A stretch of DNA of 64,000 nucleotides from Balanoglossus misakiensis. Its lineage: Eukaryota > Animalia > Hemichordata. The translations under genes were made by a program, and so were the position numbers. The DNA is taken from the NCBI GenBank assembly GCA_040954595.2, contig CM082593.2, positions 528,759 through 592,758 on the forward strand, given 5' to 3'. Below, in pieces: positions 25,696 to 48,189 of this stretch (within the stretch, counting starts at the first letter, position 1; every line of letters begins with the position of its first letter). The notes below the pieces were generated by a model. That model was not told the DNA's origin, searched no databases, and saw only the letters and a list, made by a program, of their open reading frames with translations.

Positions 25696-28600
25696 ATGAA
25701 ACGACAGGTTTGGCAAAACTTCGTCTCTACTCTAGGATTCATAATTCTCCTTTCACCCGAGCTGCGACTCTGCCAGTCAGATTTCGAATACTTGAAGTCA
25801 TCACAGTGCAGCGGTGGTTTTGATGTCTACTTTATTCTCGACCAGTAAGTGAAAACTTTCTGTTGTTCACATGCATTCTATCAGGGATTGAATGCCCTTT
25901 TCCGGATGGGACTTGCATGCATATGCAAATAAACAGCTTTTACACTTTTATGAACGGTTGAGTAACGCCAAGTAATCTGTGACATAAACGCTGGGAGTCA
26001 CAAAAGAACTTTGCGCCTCACCAAAATTGTACTCATCATCAAAAGTATTTTAGCCTATTCGCATTTAGTTCTGTCCTGTCTTAAAACTCCAGATGATAAA
26101 ATGCTTTATAATTCCACTACGGTTTTTGTTTCTTTTCGATTTTTCGTTTACATGTACTTTCAAAGACCGCAAACACTGGAGAAATTCTAAAACACAAATG
26201 TTTAAATAAACATAGTGTTAACATTTTGCAACCGTTTCGACCAAAACTGAAGTACTCATTCGCGACGTCTCCGATTCTGTCTTATCTAATCCTCAGCCCT
26301 AAAAACACTTTCCTATAAAAGGTAATGTTTTGTCGGTGTGTTATGTCGGATCAGTTGGCTTCATTGTGAGATATCAGCTGACTCATCGGTATTGCATGTT
26401 AAACAACAGCGAATTTTGTCTGACTTTTGGCACTCCTTGACCTTTGCAGATCAGCTAGTGTCACTAATGATCAGTTCAGGACTCAGACGGTAAACTTTGT
26501 GTCGGATATCGTTAACAGTTTTGTCAGGTAAGTGAGGGAGTCAACTATTTTAAGTTTTCGTATGACCGTTTGGTGAACGCACTTTTTTCACGTGGCCACA
26601 ATTCAAACATCTGGCTAGATTTCAACCTCCCATCGTAACTATGACAGTGTAACTTTAATTTGCCGAAATATAATACAATACACAGCAAGAATAAGACTCG
26701 CTCTGCATGCAGTGCCTAGAAAAATTAAATTTTGTATAATCGTATTTACTTCAGGCTTATATGCCAACGCTCATTGGCTGAGTCAGCTGTGCATGACAGA
26801 ATGTCGACGATGATTGGCTAACGATGAGGTCATTCATAAAAACATTCTCTTGCATGAGTTAGTTTGATTCCGTTTCTGTTATCACTCAGTGACCCTCTAC
26901 TGACCTCTTTCCGGTTGTTTTTTCAAGGTTTCCGGTGACACTTATTCTTTCACACGGATGGCCATGTCTGTATTTGTCAGGGTTGCAAATTTGGAGTCCT
27001 CAACTAATCATCTTTCATTCATTCGTTCGTTCGTTCGTTTGTTCACTCATTCATCTCTGTTTATGAAAGGTTGAGTCGGGTACATCATCAAGTTGTTTTG
27101 CACAAGATATTTGTCTAATATCTGAATCTTTCAGAGAATCGTTATTGCTAACGCGACATTACCCTGAAATTTATAGAGTAACACATAAGTGCATTATAAT
27201 GCTACAATATTTTTTTGGCATGGTAGAGTAAGCATACCGTGAAATCACGCAGAATAAATACTCTGTAAAACAATATCGTGATTATTCACCATATGATGTC
27301 ATCGTCATCCGCTCCTATATTTAGTATCCCGGATGTTGATAAAAATGTAGGGCAGTCGCAATGAATTCCCAAAAGTTTCCAAAGGTGGCCTGACATTCTA
27401 GAGGTTTCGTAGAAAACACAAGAACGCCGAAAATACTGAGAGCTTACTTTCTTTTTACTTCAAACTAGCGACTAATAGCAATTTTACCGGAACCATCGAC
27501 AGAAACTAGTATACTAGTATTCCAAATATATTCTGCTGATATGATGTGTTGCCATTGGCAAAACTCTATGTACTCGGAAAAGCATCTGATATAAATAGCT
27601 TAGGAAGTGATTGCATGGTACGTGAACCAAGCAACTCTCCCCGCCGGTGGCGTGCTTTCCCCTCCGGATCCCAGAGACCGGATTCTCTGGAGGTCGGACC
27701 GTTGTCAAGGCAGGGTCCGGGAGACATGAAGTCTAGCACGATTTTGGAATTTCACCAATAAATACATCTATCCATACTGACATGATATGCATGGTTACAG
27801 ATAACTAGTGGTCTTTTAATTTTACAACATATCCCACATATTACAATACGTTTTACAACTACTAGTAGTATACCTCCATTGGCAATGTATGATGATTTTC
27901 TACTGAAACTGACGAAACTACTACAATTTCTCGACTTGTATGTTCTGTGCTTTGATGTCATCTTGTTTTTCTTTTTCTCCCTTCCAGTCCACATTTACGT
28001 GTCTCCTTCATAGCATTCTCCAACGTCGATGACACTGAACTTATTCTACCTTTAAGCGGAAACAGGTAAGGCAATATCTCTGCCGTCCCTGAACCAGATC
28101 GACCAATATATGCCTCACATCCGGGCTTTGTCCTACAAAACTGTCCATGATTCAATGCAGGCATTTTATGTGGCGTAGAATTTGTATCAAACACGGAATG
28201 ACCAACTTGATATCAACTGACCTGACATAGAAAACGTTTGTCACCGTTCTTCCTCCACGTGCACATTACGCTTCCGTTGATAAATTTTGCGGTTCAGTAA
28301 AAGTCACCTGAGACTTGGAAGTGCAAAAGTCATTAGAAGTGTTCATTACTGTTATTGACCTTATACCCATACGGCACAATACGTCAAATTTACAAAGTAC
28401 AAAACGATCATTTCCACAGGAAACACCCGCTGATTGCCACACTACTTTCTTCAGTGTCACATTGTTCGTTGAATTCGACATTGATAAGTTTGACCCGTTT
28501 CTCGATGTGATGTTCCTGTCAAAACTATACTCAGTTGTACCAACTGAGGTCAAAACAATTCTATTCCGATATAAACTCTGGTTTCTGTTTCCAGCGGAAC

Positions 28601-31600
28601 TTTTTCTCTTGTGTTGATGTTTGATAATGCAATTTGATCAACGTGCATTTGTATTCAATTATGCATTATTTTAATCATACGATCGGCTCTGCTACGTCAG
28701 AAAATTTTGGGCGTTACGTTTGTGTCCTTCGGAATTGAACGGTGGCTAAACACGAACAGTTTACAGAATGTTGTCCGGGGTGGGGAGACCACAACTTTGA
28801 CCGTTTTGAGAACAGATGGAGTCCCGGGTTCAACTGGCATGTATTCTCTTGACAAAAAAACAGGATCACTTTTAAATCCAGAGACAATTATAAGAATCAC
28901 CTGGGAGGACCACCAACGAACAGAGAACTACACGACCTACACATGTGAAATCAATAAACATTGTATGTGATATCCTTTCGCATTGCACTTCTGGTTCGTT
29001 GTGTTTTAATTTTCAAGAGATATGATATCCAATGGCATCGATGCTCTCCGTGAAACACAGACAGGTGGCGGTACATACATGCACGCTGGACTCTACATTG
29101 CCAATCAACAGATAGAACAGATGAGTATGTAGCTATCTTATGTTATGCTAACTTATGTTTCTGATCTATCTATTTAACGCGCCATTTAACTGACTAGGCA
29201 TACCTACCTAAACCTATTTACCTACCTATCTGTCCAGATATCTAAGAGTTGAAAAGTAGTACTAAAACAATCCCGCATTTTTATAACAGGTTTTGGAGCT
29301 GCCAGCGTTGTCATCGCTCTTACAGATGGTAAACTGAACGATGAGGATCTGGCCATAGAACAGGTAAGAGTCTTGGTACTCGAATCTAGCCTAGAGTCGT
29401 TGTGAGTTCAGCATTGAAGATTTTGTTGTACAAGAAAGTGACTTCACAGTGGAGACTCAGAGACGTGGTGTCAAATACATACTTTCCGTGTTACAGGCGA
29501 ATAAAGCCAGGAATCTTGGAGCGACCGTGATAGCAGTTGGTATCGGGAACTTTGAAGAGAAACAACTCCGTCCAGTTGCCAATTACCCTCCGGAAGATTA
29601 CATCTTTACAGGAGATACCTTTGATGATCTGGCTAATCTTATCGATAAGGTGATTAGACGTGACGTTCTAGACAATTTTTTTACTAATTGCGCCATTAGA
29701 TACAGAAAGACGGACCTAATGACCATTGCAAAACGTACAGCGTACATTTTTATGGAAACTCGACTATTTGGGTTTGTCTGATGGAAAATTGAAATATATT
29801 TAGTTTCACTTGATGTCTATTAATGATTTTCAGATTGTCGATCAGTCCTGCATTGAGATCCTGTCAGCGTCTCCCACAACTGTTTGTGCACAAGGTTGGT
29901 GCCATGTAATTAATCACGATAATGATAGAAGTTCCTAATTATCCATCTCGAATTTGTACAATCTCGTCTATTTATACGCTGATGACTCGATGGTTCATCG
30001 TCTTATTAGGCTGCTTCGCGGAAGGCCTCAATTCAAATCGATTCTTTTGTTTTTATCTAGAAAGCGCCCTCTATACAACTAACGGTGTATACGTTTTGTT
30101 TTATGTATCACTATTTCTTTGCCCGCAGAAAGTTTCTCTGTCGCCTTGAAGGGTCGTGGATTCACCAAAACAGCTAACCTATCTATGGTAATGTGCAATT
30201 TCAAACTCAACGAAACGGAAAACCAAGGTATACAATTTCAATATACTCAAAGAAATGACTTTTTGCAACCATAATTACAGATCCCTCAGGGCCCAACACA
30301 ATGTGAATAAATTACAACCTTACCTGCTTAATACTTTCATTGCTGACCTCATGATATTGAATTATTGATGTCCGTGTCTGTGATTTGCCGCAGTGGAGAT
30401 ACCAACCAAAATTACAGATGAATTTCTCATGTGTCCAGCTCCGAAGATACCAGATCCTAACAGGTAAGAGTAATTTCAAGTTTTTGTTTTCATCATTTGT
30501 CTAAAGTTTGAAATCTCACTGGTTGGGTTATTGTAATAACTTGGTTAATCTTTTTTTTTCACAGCTATGTACTTTTACAAGTCACTGTGAACGGACGCTC
30601 ATTTATATCCAGCAATATCACAATCACTGCTGTGGAATGCATTGAAGTAAGTCACAAAGATGGTTCATGGACCATATGAATTTCTATATCTAGTGATTCT
30701 GAGGAAAGTGTGTGTGTTTTCACTCTGAGATTCTACTCAAAACACCACACAAAACAGAAAACTTACCGTGGTCTGCCTTGATGAATATAGGCCCGGTGAA
30801 TATCTAACATGTCTTTTCTTCACCCGCACAGCCTGATTGGGTGGCCATGGGCGTGTCTCTGAGTCTGATATTCCTTCTTCTGGCACTGTTGCTGCTGTGG
30901 TGGTTTTGGCAGATCCTCTGCTGTGTTGTAAGTATATATGATTGACTGATTTTATTCCTCTGGCTTGATCCTCAGTCTTGTATCACACATACTGTAGCCT
31001 GGAAATAAAACATAATTTATATCAGAAACAGAATAAAAACAAAACTACGAAATGAATCATGGGACTCATGTTACTGTGTACTGTATGACTGATTGACAGG
31101 TTGTAACCAAGGCAAAACCAAGACCTCTGGAGTCAGAACCAGAGAGCCCGGATGACAAGAACAAGTGGCCGGTCGTGAGTTCATCTTATTATGGTGGAAG
31201 GGGTGCTGGAGGAATGAGAAGGATGGAGGTGAGAACTAACAAACTGATATTGATACATTCATCTCTTAAGCAAATTGAAGATTAAGAGTTTTGATGACAT
31301 GGTTGTGTCTGTATTAACTGGAACATATAGACATGTTGCATGACCTCATACACAAGTAACTATTCAGAAGCGAAGATGCATGCATTCTGTCCAACAGACA
31401 GATCCCTTGGAAGAGAAATGTTATTGTTATTATCAGCTTTTGTCAGTCTGGTCCTTTTTTGTCATTTTCCAGGTTGACTGGGGAGACAAAGGATCCACAG
31501 AGGCCGGAGCTAAACTGGAGAAGACAAACCACGCCAAAATAACCATGCCTGAGGATGACTCTCTCCCCAATGGAAGAAGTGGACATGGGAAGAACTCCAC

Positions 31601-31971
31601 CACATGTACTCAGACGATGAAGGTTAGAATAAGCTATTCAAAATGGTGTTTTTATTGTACAGTGAAACTGGTCTTTTAAGGACACCTCTGGGACCAGAAA
31701 ATCTGTCTTTTGTGTTTACAAAGGACAAACACAAATAAAGTAAATTTCTTTTTTTTAATCTAACAGTCAGCACTGGCTGCCTGTGTGGCACCCATAGTAT
31801 CATTATATGAGCGTGTATCCGTCAGGAGACCACTACCAGGAGACAAGGTAAGAAAACTTTAAATAGCTGTAACATTTTTTTGAGTGTTTAGCATGGCAAT
31901 TTCACACTCTGAGCCAATCTTTTATTTTCTTGCAGGGTGTCTGTTTCTCCTTGAAGAGAGATTCCGCCTGA
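25696..31971 (+). CDS. ANTXR: Anthrax toxin receptor homolog (ANTXR1/ANTXR2 pro-ortholog): signal peptide, vWA domain, Ig-like domain, TM, cytoplasmic tail; ~15 exons
   Basis: Spliced reading gives [17 protein letters not shown] (MIDAS DxSxS), [77 protein letters not shown], and the ANTXR-specific tail [39 protein letters not shown]. Stop TGA at 31969-31971. Confidence 0.93.
27015..27053. repeat. (TTCA)n/(TTCG)n tetranucleotide microsatellite
   Basis: ttcattcattcgttcgttcgttcgtttgttcactcattca in ANTXR intron 2. Confidence 0.8.
31658..31710 (+). mobile_element. Possible Tc1/mariner-pogo-type MITE terminal remnant
   Basis: TA|CAGTGAAACTGGTCTTTTAAGGACACCTCTGGGACCA resembles pogo/Tigger-type termini. 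A similar TA|CAGTGAAAC..TTTTAGTGGCCAC start occurs at 36466. No partner inverted end seen. Confidence 0.3.
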
Positions 31972-34534
31972 TTGGACGAAAGCTGCTGAATGAATGATTG
32001 AACATTCATTTGTTAAGACGTGCTGCATGATTGGTTCAGACTGGACAGATGCTCGTGCCATGTACATGTATTGCAGGGTTGTAAACATGGAAATAATATG
32101 TATCCTGTTGGGTCTGTTTTAGTGGCTTGCCCGATCTCTTTGTTGAAGAGATTGTAAGTGTGCGAGTGTGAATTCATGTAACACCGTGAATTCTGAAGAA
32201 AGAGTATTTGATTAAATCCTAGCTCAGAATTTCAATTTAACCCAACAACTATGCATGGTGTTTTCCTGACTATGTTAAAACAAACCACAAGTTTCTAGCA
32301 ACAGAAACCTAACTGTAGAAATTTATGAACTATTTGAAGAAATTTGTGGAGACAGAACATTTGTTAAATAATAAGTCAATTTATGGACTAAACTAGTTTG
32401 GCCGTGTAGGCCAAGACATCTTATATTTCAAATATAAAAATCCTTATAAATATTATCTTGAATTAAATATTAGGATATTGTATGTAATCCAGACTTTTAT
32501 ATTTATGAAATTTAGGAACAAGCTGCATTGTTATTAAGTAACTTAAAGAGTATGTTAGAAGCGATGATGGTAGCAATCTTATCTGATCTCTGTGATGTCT
32601 GATGATTCCTTTCGTCAAAAATGCAAACACAGTTCCAATCAATTATGAAATAGCTTTATTTTCCACAGAATCTGAAGATACAAATCATTAAAAGCCCCCA
32701 AGAAAGTTTGCGAGTGGCAGTTGAACTGTGATCGTGTCATTGTCATACTCCAAAGAACAGCCCGGTCACTCACAAGTCAGAACTGAATATAAAAAATTCT
32801 TTTAATTCCCCATCATTAAATCCTGCAGATACCAATCAAATATTATGTCACAGAAGAAATCAATTTCTGTTCTAAAAATTCACAATGAGCCACACTTTTT
32901 GTGTGTGAATTGTCGGACCATACACACTCTTATTAGTCTGTGTTGGTTGAACCACAAATTTAAAATAAATTTTTTTCAAGCCTGCCAAACCAGACAGAGA
33001 CATATCAAATCACAAAGTCAAGCCATACAATGAATTGTAAAAATATTGACAGAAGCCACACAGAGTTATACGGATAAAACAGAAAATTCACTCAAATCTG
33101 CCAAGTTTAAAAGTATGTACAAGATATATTGTATTTTTCCCAATCATGAAAAATTACTGCAAGAAAAAATATTATAAAAAATAAACTACACAAAAACTTT
33201 AAAAGCAAATAAAAAGCGTACCGATCAAGTATAACTGTTAGCACTGATTTGACGTTTTTGTGGTTTTCTGCTCAAGTTGTTCACAAAGCAAAGCAAATGC
33301 TTTGTTTTGTTTTGTTGTTTACAGGCAAATATCTAGATCTGCAAACCTTCATTTCTACTGTCACAAATGTTCTCTCCTTGTCTGTATCATGTATGCATGC
33401 CAGTGTTGCCTAGTTACAAAGTAGCTCGACAAAACAATGACTGGCACGTCACTCACCACTTTTAATTCTCAAACCTGATTGGAGCAAATACCCTTTTGCT
33501 AAGAACACGTGGGAAATACACCTGTCAAATGTTGACAGCAGTTTACAAGAGTCCAAATTTTGAATTAATTTCACAGAAATTAACACTGTGTAATCCAGAC
33601 ACAGTTTTCAAACATGGACACTTGACTCCCAATTCATCTCTGTGATCGAAAATTCACAAGGTCGTTTCTCAGAAGGAAATGAACCATTCCATCTAGTATT
33701 AGCAGGAGTATTGTTTCCAAATCAGTTTTAAGAGAAAATACCACTCAACCACTTCCTTTTTGACAACATGGACAAAGAGAGGAAACAGAGAAAACCAGAT
33801 CACGCAGGTCTTACAACAGTCAACAGCAGGAATATTACAACAACTAGAGTCTTAAAACCACAGAAACTGTTTTGATTAACGATATTTGTTTATAGATCTT
33901 TCAAATTGCACATTTCAGGGAGAAGTCAATCTGGGGTGTATTTTGGTTCGTGTTTGAAATGATTAAAATACGAATTTTCATAAACATGGCACAGGTTTTG
34001 CTGGAATGCACAGTTAGGATTGTACAATTCTTTCTCCCTGCTACACAATTCCAATAAATGAACTATTTAGCTTCAGTTGAATCAAAGAAAAGTAAAACTT
34101 AGAAAATGAAACATTTTGTAATTATAGTAAAATGTTGTTTGTGATTAAAATGATATATTTGACAAAAACTATTTAATCTGCAGGTATGTATAAATATTTG
34201 TAGATGTGTGTGTATGTGTTTATGTGTAAAAATGTATGTATGCAAATGTTCTATAAAAGAGTAAGGACTCATATGTGTTTGTGAACACTCATCATCTAGA
34301 AAAGAAACAATTTACTCCAGAAGAAAAATGTCATGGCATTGCCAAGTTTTGGTCTGATCACAGCTTCTTGACACCCCAAAAAAATAGTTTTTACATAAAA
34401 AAGAATGATTTGCCAAGTCCAGAAATCTGAGCCACTTTTCACAAGAGCTGATGATGGTTTCATTTCTAGATGGTGATAGTTCATGTCTCCTTGTTGAAAA
34501 TTCATTTTTGAAGTAATTGCACAAAGGATGTTTT

Positions 34535-41535
<7,001 letters not shown>

Positions 41536-42585
41536 GTTGGCTTCACAGTTGCGACTTCAGCAGCTGGCCGATAATGTTTATGTACGTGGGCTACAAAGCT
41601 TGGCAGAGTGACTGAAAATACGTGGCAAGCCCTTCTATTTGCTTGGTACAACGCGGAATTTGATTGGACAAAAATTGTGGCGTTGGTGAAAGCGACAAAT
41701 CAGAACATGCGTAATAAGTACCTAGGGATAGTCCTGCGTACATGTTGACGTCATTAGCGTCGGACAAAACTATTAATGTATAGGGTGGTGTGGACACCGA
41801 AATCGAAGGGAGGGGATCATCATCACCACCACCAATGTTGAAAATGTATATTAAAGTTACCTTAGAGAGTAAAGTTGGACATCTAAAGATGCAAACAGGG
41901 CCGGGGATGGAAGTTCAAACCATAGACAATCACTGCATCAGGCAAACATTCTTTATTAAATGTTATCGCTTACAATGTAAATAATTAATATCATAAAGAG
42001 ACAGGGTCCACTTGAAAATAAAAACCCTGTGTCTCCATCAAATACTGTAGAATATGGACACACTTTTCCCTTGTCTGATGTATAAACTTATCTTTTTTTT
42101 CTGTAGTCTACCACAGTATCGAGCCACCTGTCCATAACTGAAATATCACAAAGCAAACTATCCACTTATCACAGAACAAGTGAAAAACAGAAATGACTTC
42201 CCATAATGATGACACAAAAATAAATACAAACGTCGACAGTTAGACGTAATTAGTCTAAAGACATTCTCTTTGATACATTTTCATAAATTCTCTGCTATGA
42301 CACTGAAAAAGACATGTCACTTTACAAGTTCGCCAACACTGACCACAAATCGACTGTTTCTATGACCAGTCACTATTCATATCTGTCCCAAGATTTTTTG
42401 TCTAAATAAGAACACAAAAATGTCTGTTATTCTCATGTCACTGCATGCATCACTGCCATCAAATATATATGAGTCTCTGAAAAATTCATTCAATTCAAAA
42501 GCAGTGGCTAGTTACTTCAGTTTCCATGTCGTTTAAAATCTCCCCTATATACAGTAGAGTGAATTACGTTGCCGACTTCACATCT

Positions 42586-45018
<2,433 letters not shown>

Positions 45019-45481
45019 CTTTGTTGTGTAATGCACGATATGGTCGTTAGTGGCGCTCGTCCAAGGAAGACAGGAAGTTAAGAATTTTAATTTTTTTTAT
45101 TCAAAACAACACTAGTCATTTATAGCTATTACTCATTCTGATTTTTTTTAAAGATATGTCTAAATAACGCGAAAATGGTAGCGACTTTGACACAAACTGA
45201 AAGTTTTTGTTGGAGGAAACACTGCTAAACAAACAAACGTTCTGCAACCCTGACAACAAAAAGCCCAACAACAATCAGGTTATTTGGCGTTATTTCGCTA
45301 AGTTTAAGGTGAATTTGTAAATTCATCGACAGCAAAGAACGGAAGCAAAGTTGTATGCGTTCATCATAGTACAAAGTATCCAGTAATTCACTATTTATAG
45401 AAGGAACACGCGTTGAGTTTCCACAACCACTGGGCACTTCCGGGTTTGAGATTTGTTGACATTGATGATATCGGTAAAGAG
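45019..45481. promoter_or_regulatory. Head-to-head (bidirectional) promoter region of NFU1 and C10orf53
   Basis: Divergent start codons separated by 463 bp. ETS/GABP-type CCGGAAGTG (reverse strand, 45435-45443); YY1-type AAGATGGCGGC overlaps the NFU1 ATG (45011-45021). Confidence 0.7.
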
Positions 45482-46027
45482 ATGCCACAAAACGCAATAG
45501 TAACCATTAATTACGGACCATATGAATCATGTGGTTTAGTCGATCATAGAACATCGAGATTAGAGGGTCTAGAAGGTAAGAGATACGTTCTACTAATCTG
45601 ACATTGACAATTTTGAGTCACCTGTGTGTTGAGATCCATGTACTTGGTACTAATCCATGTACCTGTACTAAAATGGTACCTTCCGTATTTGTTTTCTCAT
45701 TTTTTTCAGCTTTGTTGTCAGGGGATGGTCACAAAGTTGCTTTCAATCAGATTGATGACTGGAATACAGTGGAATTGATTGTAAATGGTGAACTGATCTA
45801 TAAATGTGATCAAAGAGATTTAGACTATGGTAAGTGGCCAACTCTCACATAAGTTTCTTTTCATCTATGTACATATAGTTTGATTTCATCCTCTCCACGT
45901 GTTACATCAGTCAATGCTCTGACACTCAATGCATTGTTATTTTTCATTCATCTGTTGTGTAGGTGGAGATGGGCAACTTGACGAGAGATGTCACCAAGCG
46001 CTAGAAGCTGTCAGGAAGGCATACTGA
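45482..46027 (+). CDS. C10orf53: UPF0728 protein C10orf53 homolog (92 aa, 3 exons)
   Basis: Exons 45482-45575, 45710-45829, 45963-46027 total 279 nt: MPQNAIVTINYGPYESCGLVDHRTSRLEGLEALLSGDGHKVAFNQIDDWNTVELIVNGELIYKCDQRDLDYGGDGQLDERCHQALEAVRKAY*. Matches my recollection of human C10orf53 (MPKNAVV..YGPY..DGHEV..IEDWNVVEL..GGDGKLD..AY). Confidence 0.9.
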
Positions 46028-46943
46028 GAGAATTCTGTCATCAACCAGTGTCAAGATGTCTTTGAATGGAGCAAACTATTACATTTGTTTCCAGGAACTG
46101 AATTTTGCATTTTATTGTATCTATTGTAAATACTTTTTTTTTCAATTGTTAATGATCTATCTGTATTAAATTGGGTCTTTTTTTATTATATTCAAAATCT
46201 GTCATGTTTTTATTTCTTATCCCTGCCCCTTCGTGACAAATTGAGTTTGAGGATATAAATATTACAAGACAATTAGCTGTCAACAAATGTCTTTATTTCA
46301 TAAAACACTACCAAGCTCTCACTGTAATGAGGGTTTTGAATTTTCTTGAAAACAGCATCAAGCCACTACACAAGACCTTATATTACTATACACAATAAAA
46401 CATTTTTGCAATTACCCCAAGAGCAGAATAAACATTAAAAATTGACTGATGGTAACCCCATCAACAGAACAGTAGACTGTTCTGATCAAATAATTTACAA
46501 AAAATACATTGTCATTCTTTATTGTCTGTACATGTCATGCAACACAAATGTTACTCTGGTAAGTCATCGGTGTGTTATTCATTTATATGTCATTACAGGA
46601 TACTTGAGCATGTATGGGTAGTATTATTAGCTCACGACATTTCAAACAATCCTGTTGCTATTAATCCCCCAAACAATAATAATTACAATCTGCTCAAATT
46701 GTCGAAATGAAAACAGGTATCCCACTGGATGGATATTCTGAATTAAGTCAAAATTACAGTGAAATTGATTGAAACTTTTGACATTGGTGGATTTGATACA
46801 GAAGGCAAGCACATACCATTACAAGAGAAATTATACTCAACAATATCATACAAAGCATCATGCATTAGAATAACAGTCACTTCTAATTGATATTACATGT
46901 ATGTGGTAACCAATAGGTGGCATCTTGTTATAATGGAGTCACC

Positions 46944-47003
46944 CAAGTGAAAATCTGTGATTGGTTAGATCTCAACTTTCCATGATAACTGTGGGTTAAT
47001 TTG
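46944..47003 (+). repeat. Short dispersed repeat, copy 2 (in the presumed OGDH 3' UTR)
   Basis: Homologous to 16692-16750. Confidence 0.75.
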
Positions 47004-48189
47004 TATACCTTTAAATGAATGAAGAAATAATCATAAAATGGGTAAAAAGCTTACATGCCATGTCTATTGAAGTTGGCCACACAAAGCATCAATGTTCTCA
47101 ATCTTGCACCTAGAAAATGATAACATAAGCAAACTCCTGCTTGAGATCTTTTGTCGAAAACGTAGGTTATACTTGTAAATTGTCAACAAAGGACAAAAAA
47201 CCTCCACAGGGGACTGGTCCAAAACAATCTAATGGAAATTAATCCCCTTGTAAAGTTAATTCACTGAAAATTTGTTGATCTGCTGTTAGCATAAAAATTC
47301 CACTAATAAAAGATGTATACATCATCAGGGCATTTGTTAATATGATGGTATTATGTCATGGTATATATGCAATAAATTTGTTTAACATTTCCAAGAAAGT
47401 CAAAGCTTTCAAATATTTCTCAAATAATTTCACAGAAGATCACAAACAACAGCAACTAAGGCTAAAAGGAGATTTACATGCAAGTATCTGTTAAGACCTC
47501 TCTGTAAGACACTGGCGACAAGCATGGATTTAAATAATTTATTTATTCAAAACTGGCTACACCGACAACAATTCATCTTCCTCATAATATCCATGCATAA
47601 GATGCAAGTGGCACCATTGAGCGACCGGTGGACAATTCAAAAAATCTTTCTGTTCCTATACAACAAATCAAAACATCCTTCATTTGTTTGGCTGTTGGTG
47701 TCATGGAAGACAAGCTGGCTTCAATATCATTCTACAGCTGCAGTACTAACATGACAAACCCTTGTGGTTGGTGAGATCTCTAAGCCCTCCCTAACTTAAA
47801 ACCGAACAATTTACAATAAAATTTAAGCGAAACAAAAAAGCTGACATGGGAAAATCGTGTGGGACATTTAAAATTTATAAAAGGCACTTGGTTCAAACGT
47901 ACGAAGAGAAACAGAGTTGGCTAATTTGTCAAATGACAGCGTCTGTGCAGTAAAACAAGAGACCAGTCAGATTATCATTAATTGAAAATTTGTTGCTTGG
48001 GTTTCACATAGATTGTAAAGAAACCTTGAAATCATGCAGATACTGAATTAAAAAGATTGACAGTTACAGGGTGTCCCTGCAGACACCATTTTTGAAGGAT
48101 ATTCTATGCTTGTATTTTTGAATAAACATGTGAAACATTTAAAATCTCAATGTACTGTTTCTCTCTCAGCTGGTTCCAGTGGTTTCCTC

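Noticed and set aside
28266-28553. 95-aa antisense ORF rich in N-x-S/T inside an ANTXR intron (possible nested gene)
   Set aside because: No ATG start, no recognisable domain and no consistent splice partners.
28968-28982. atatcctttc resembling a U12 (AT-AC) donor
   Set aside because: It lies inside a GT-AG intron and not at an exon boundary required by homology.
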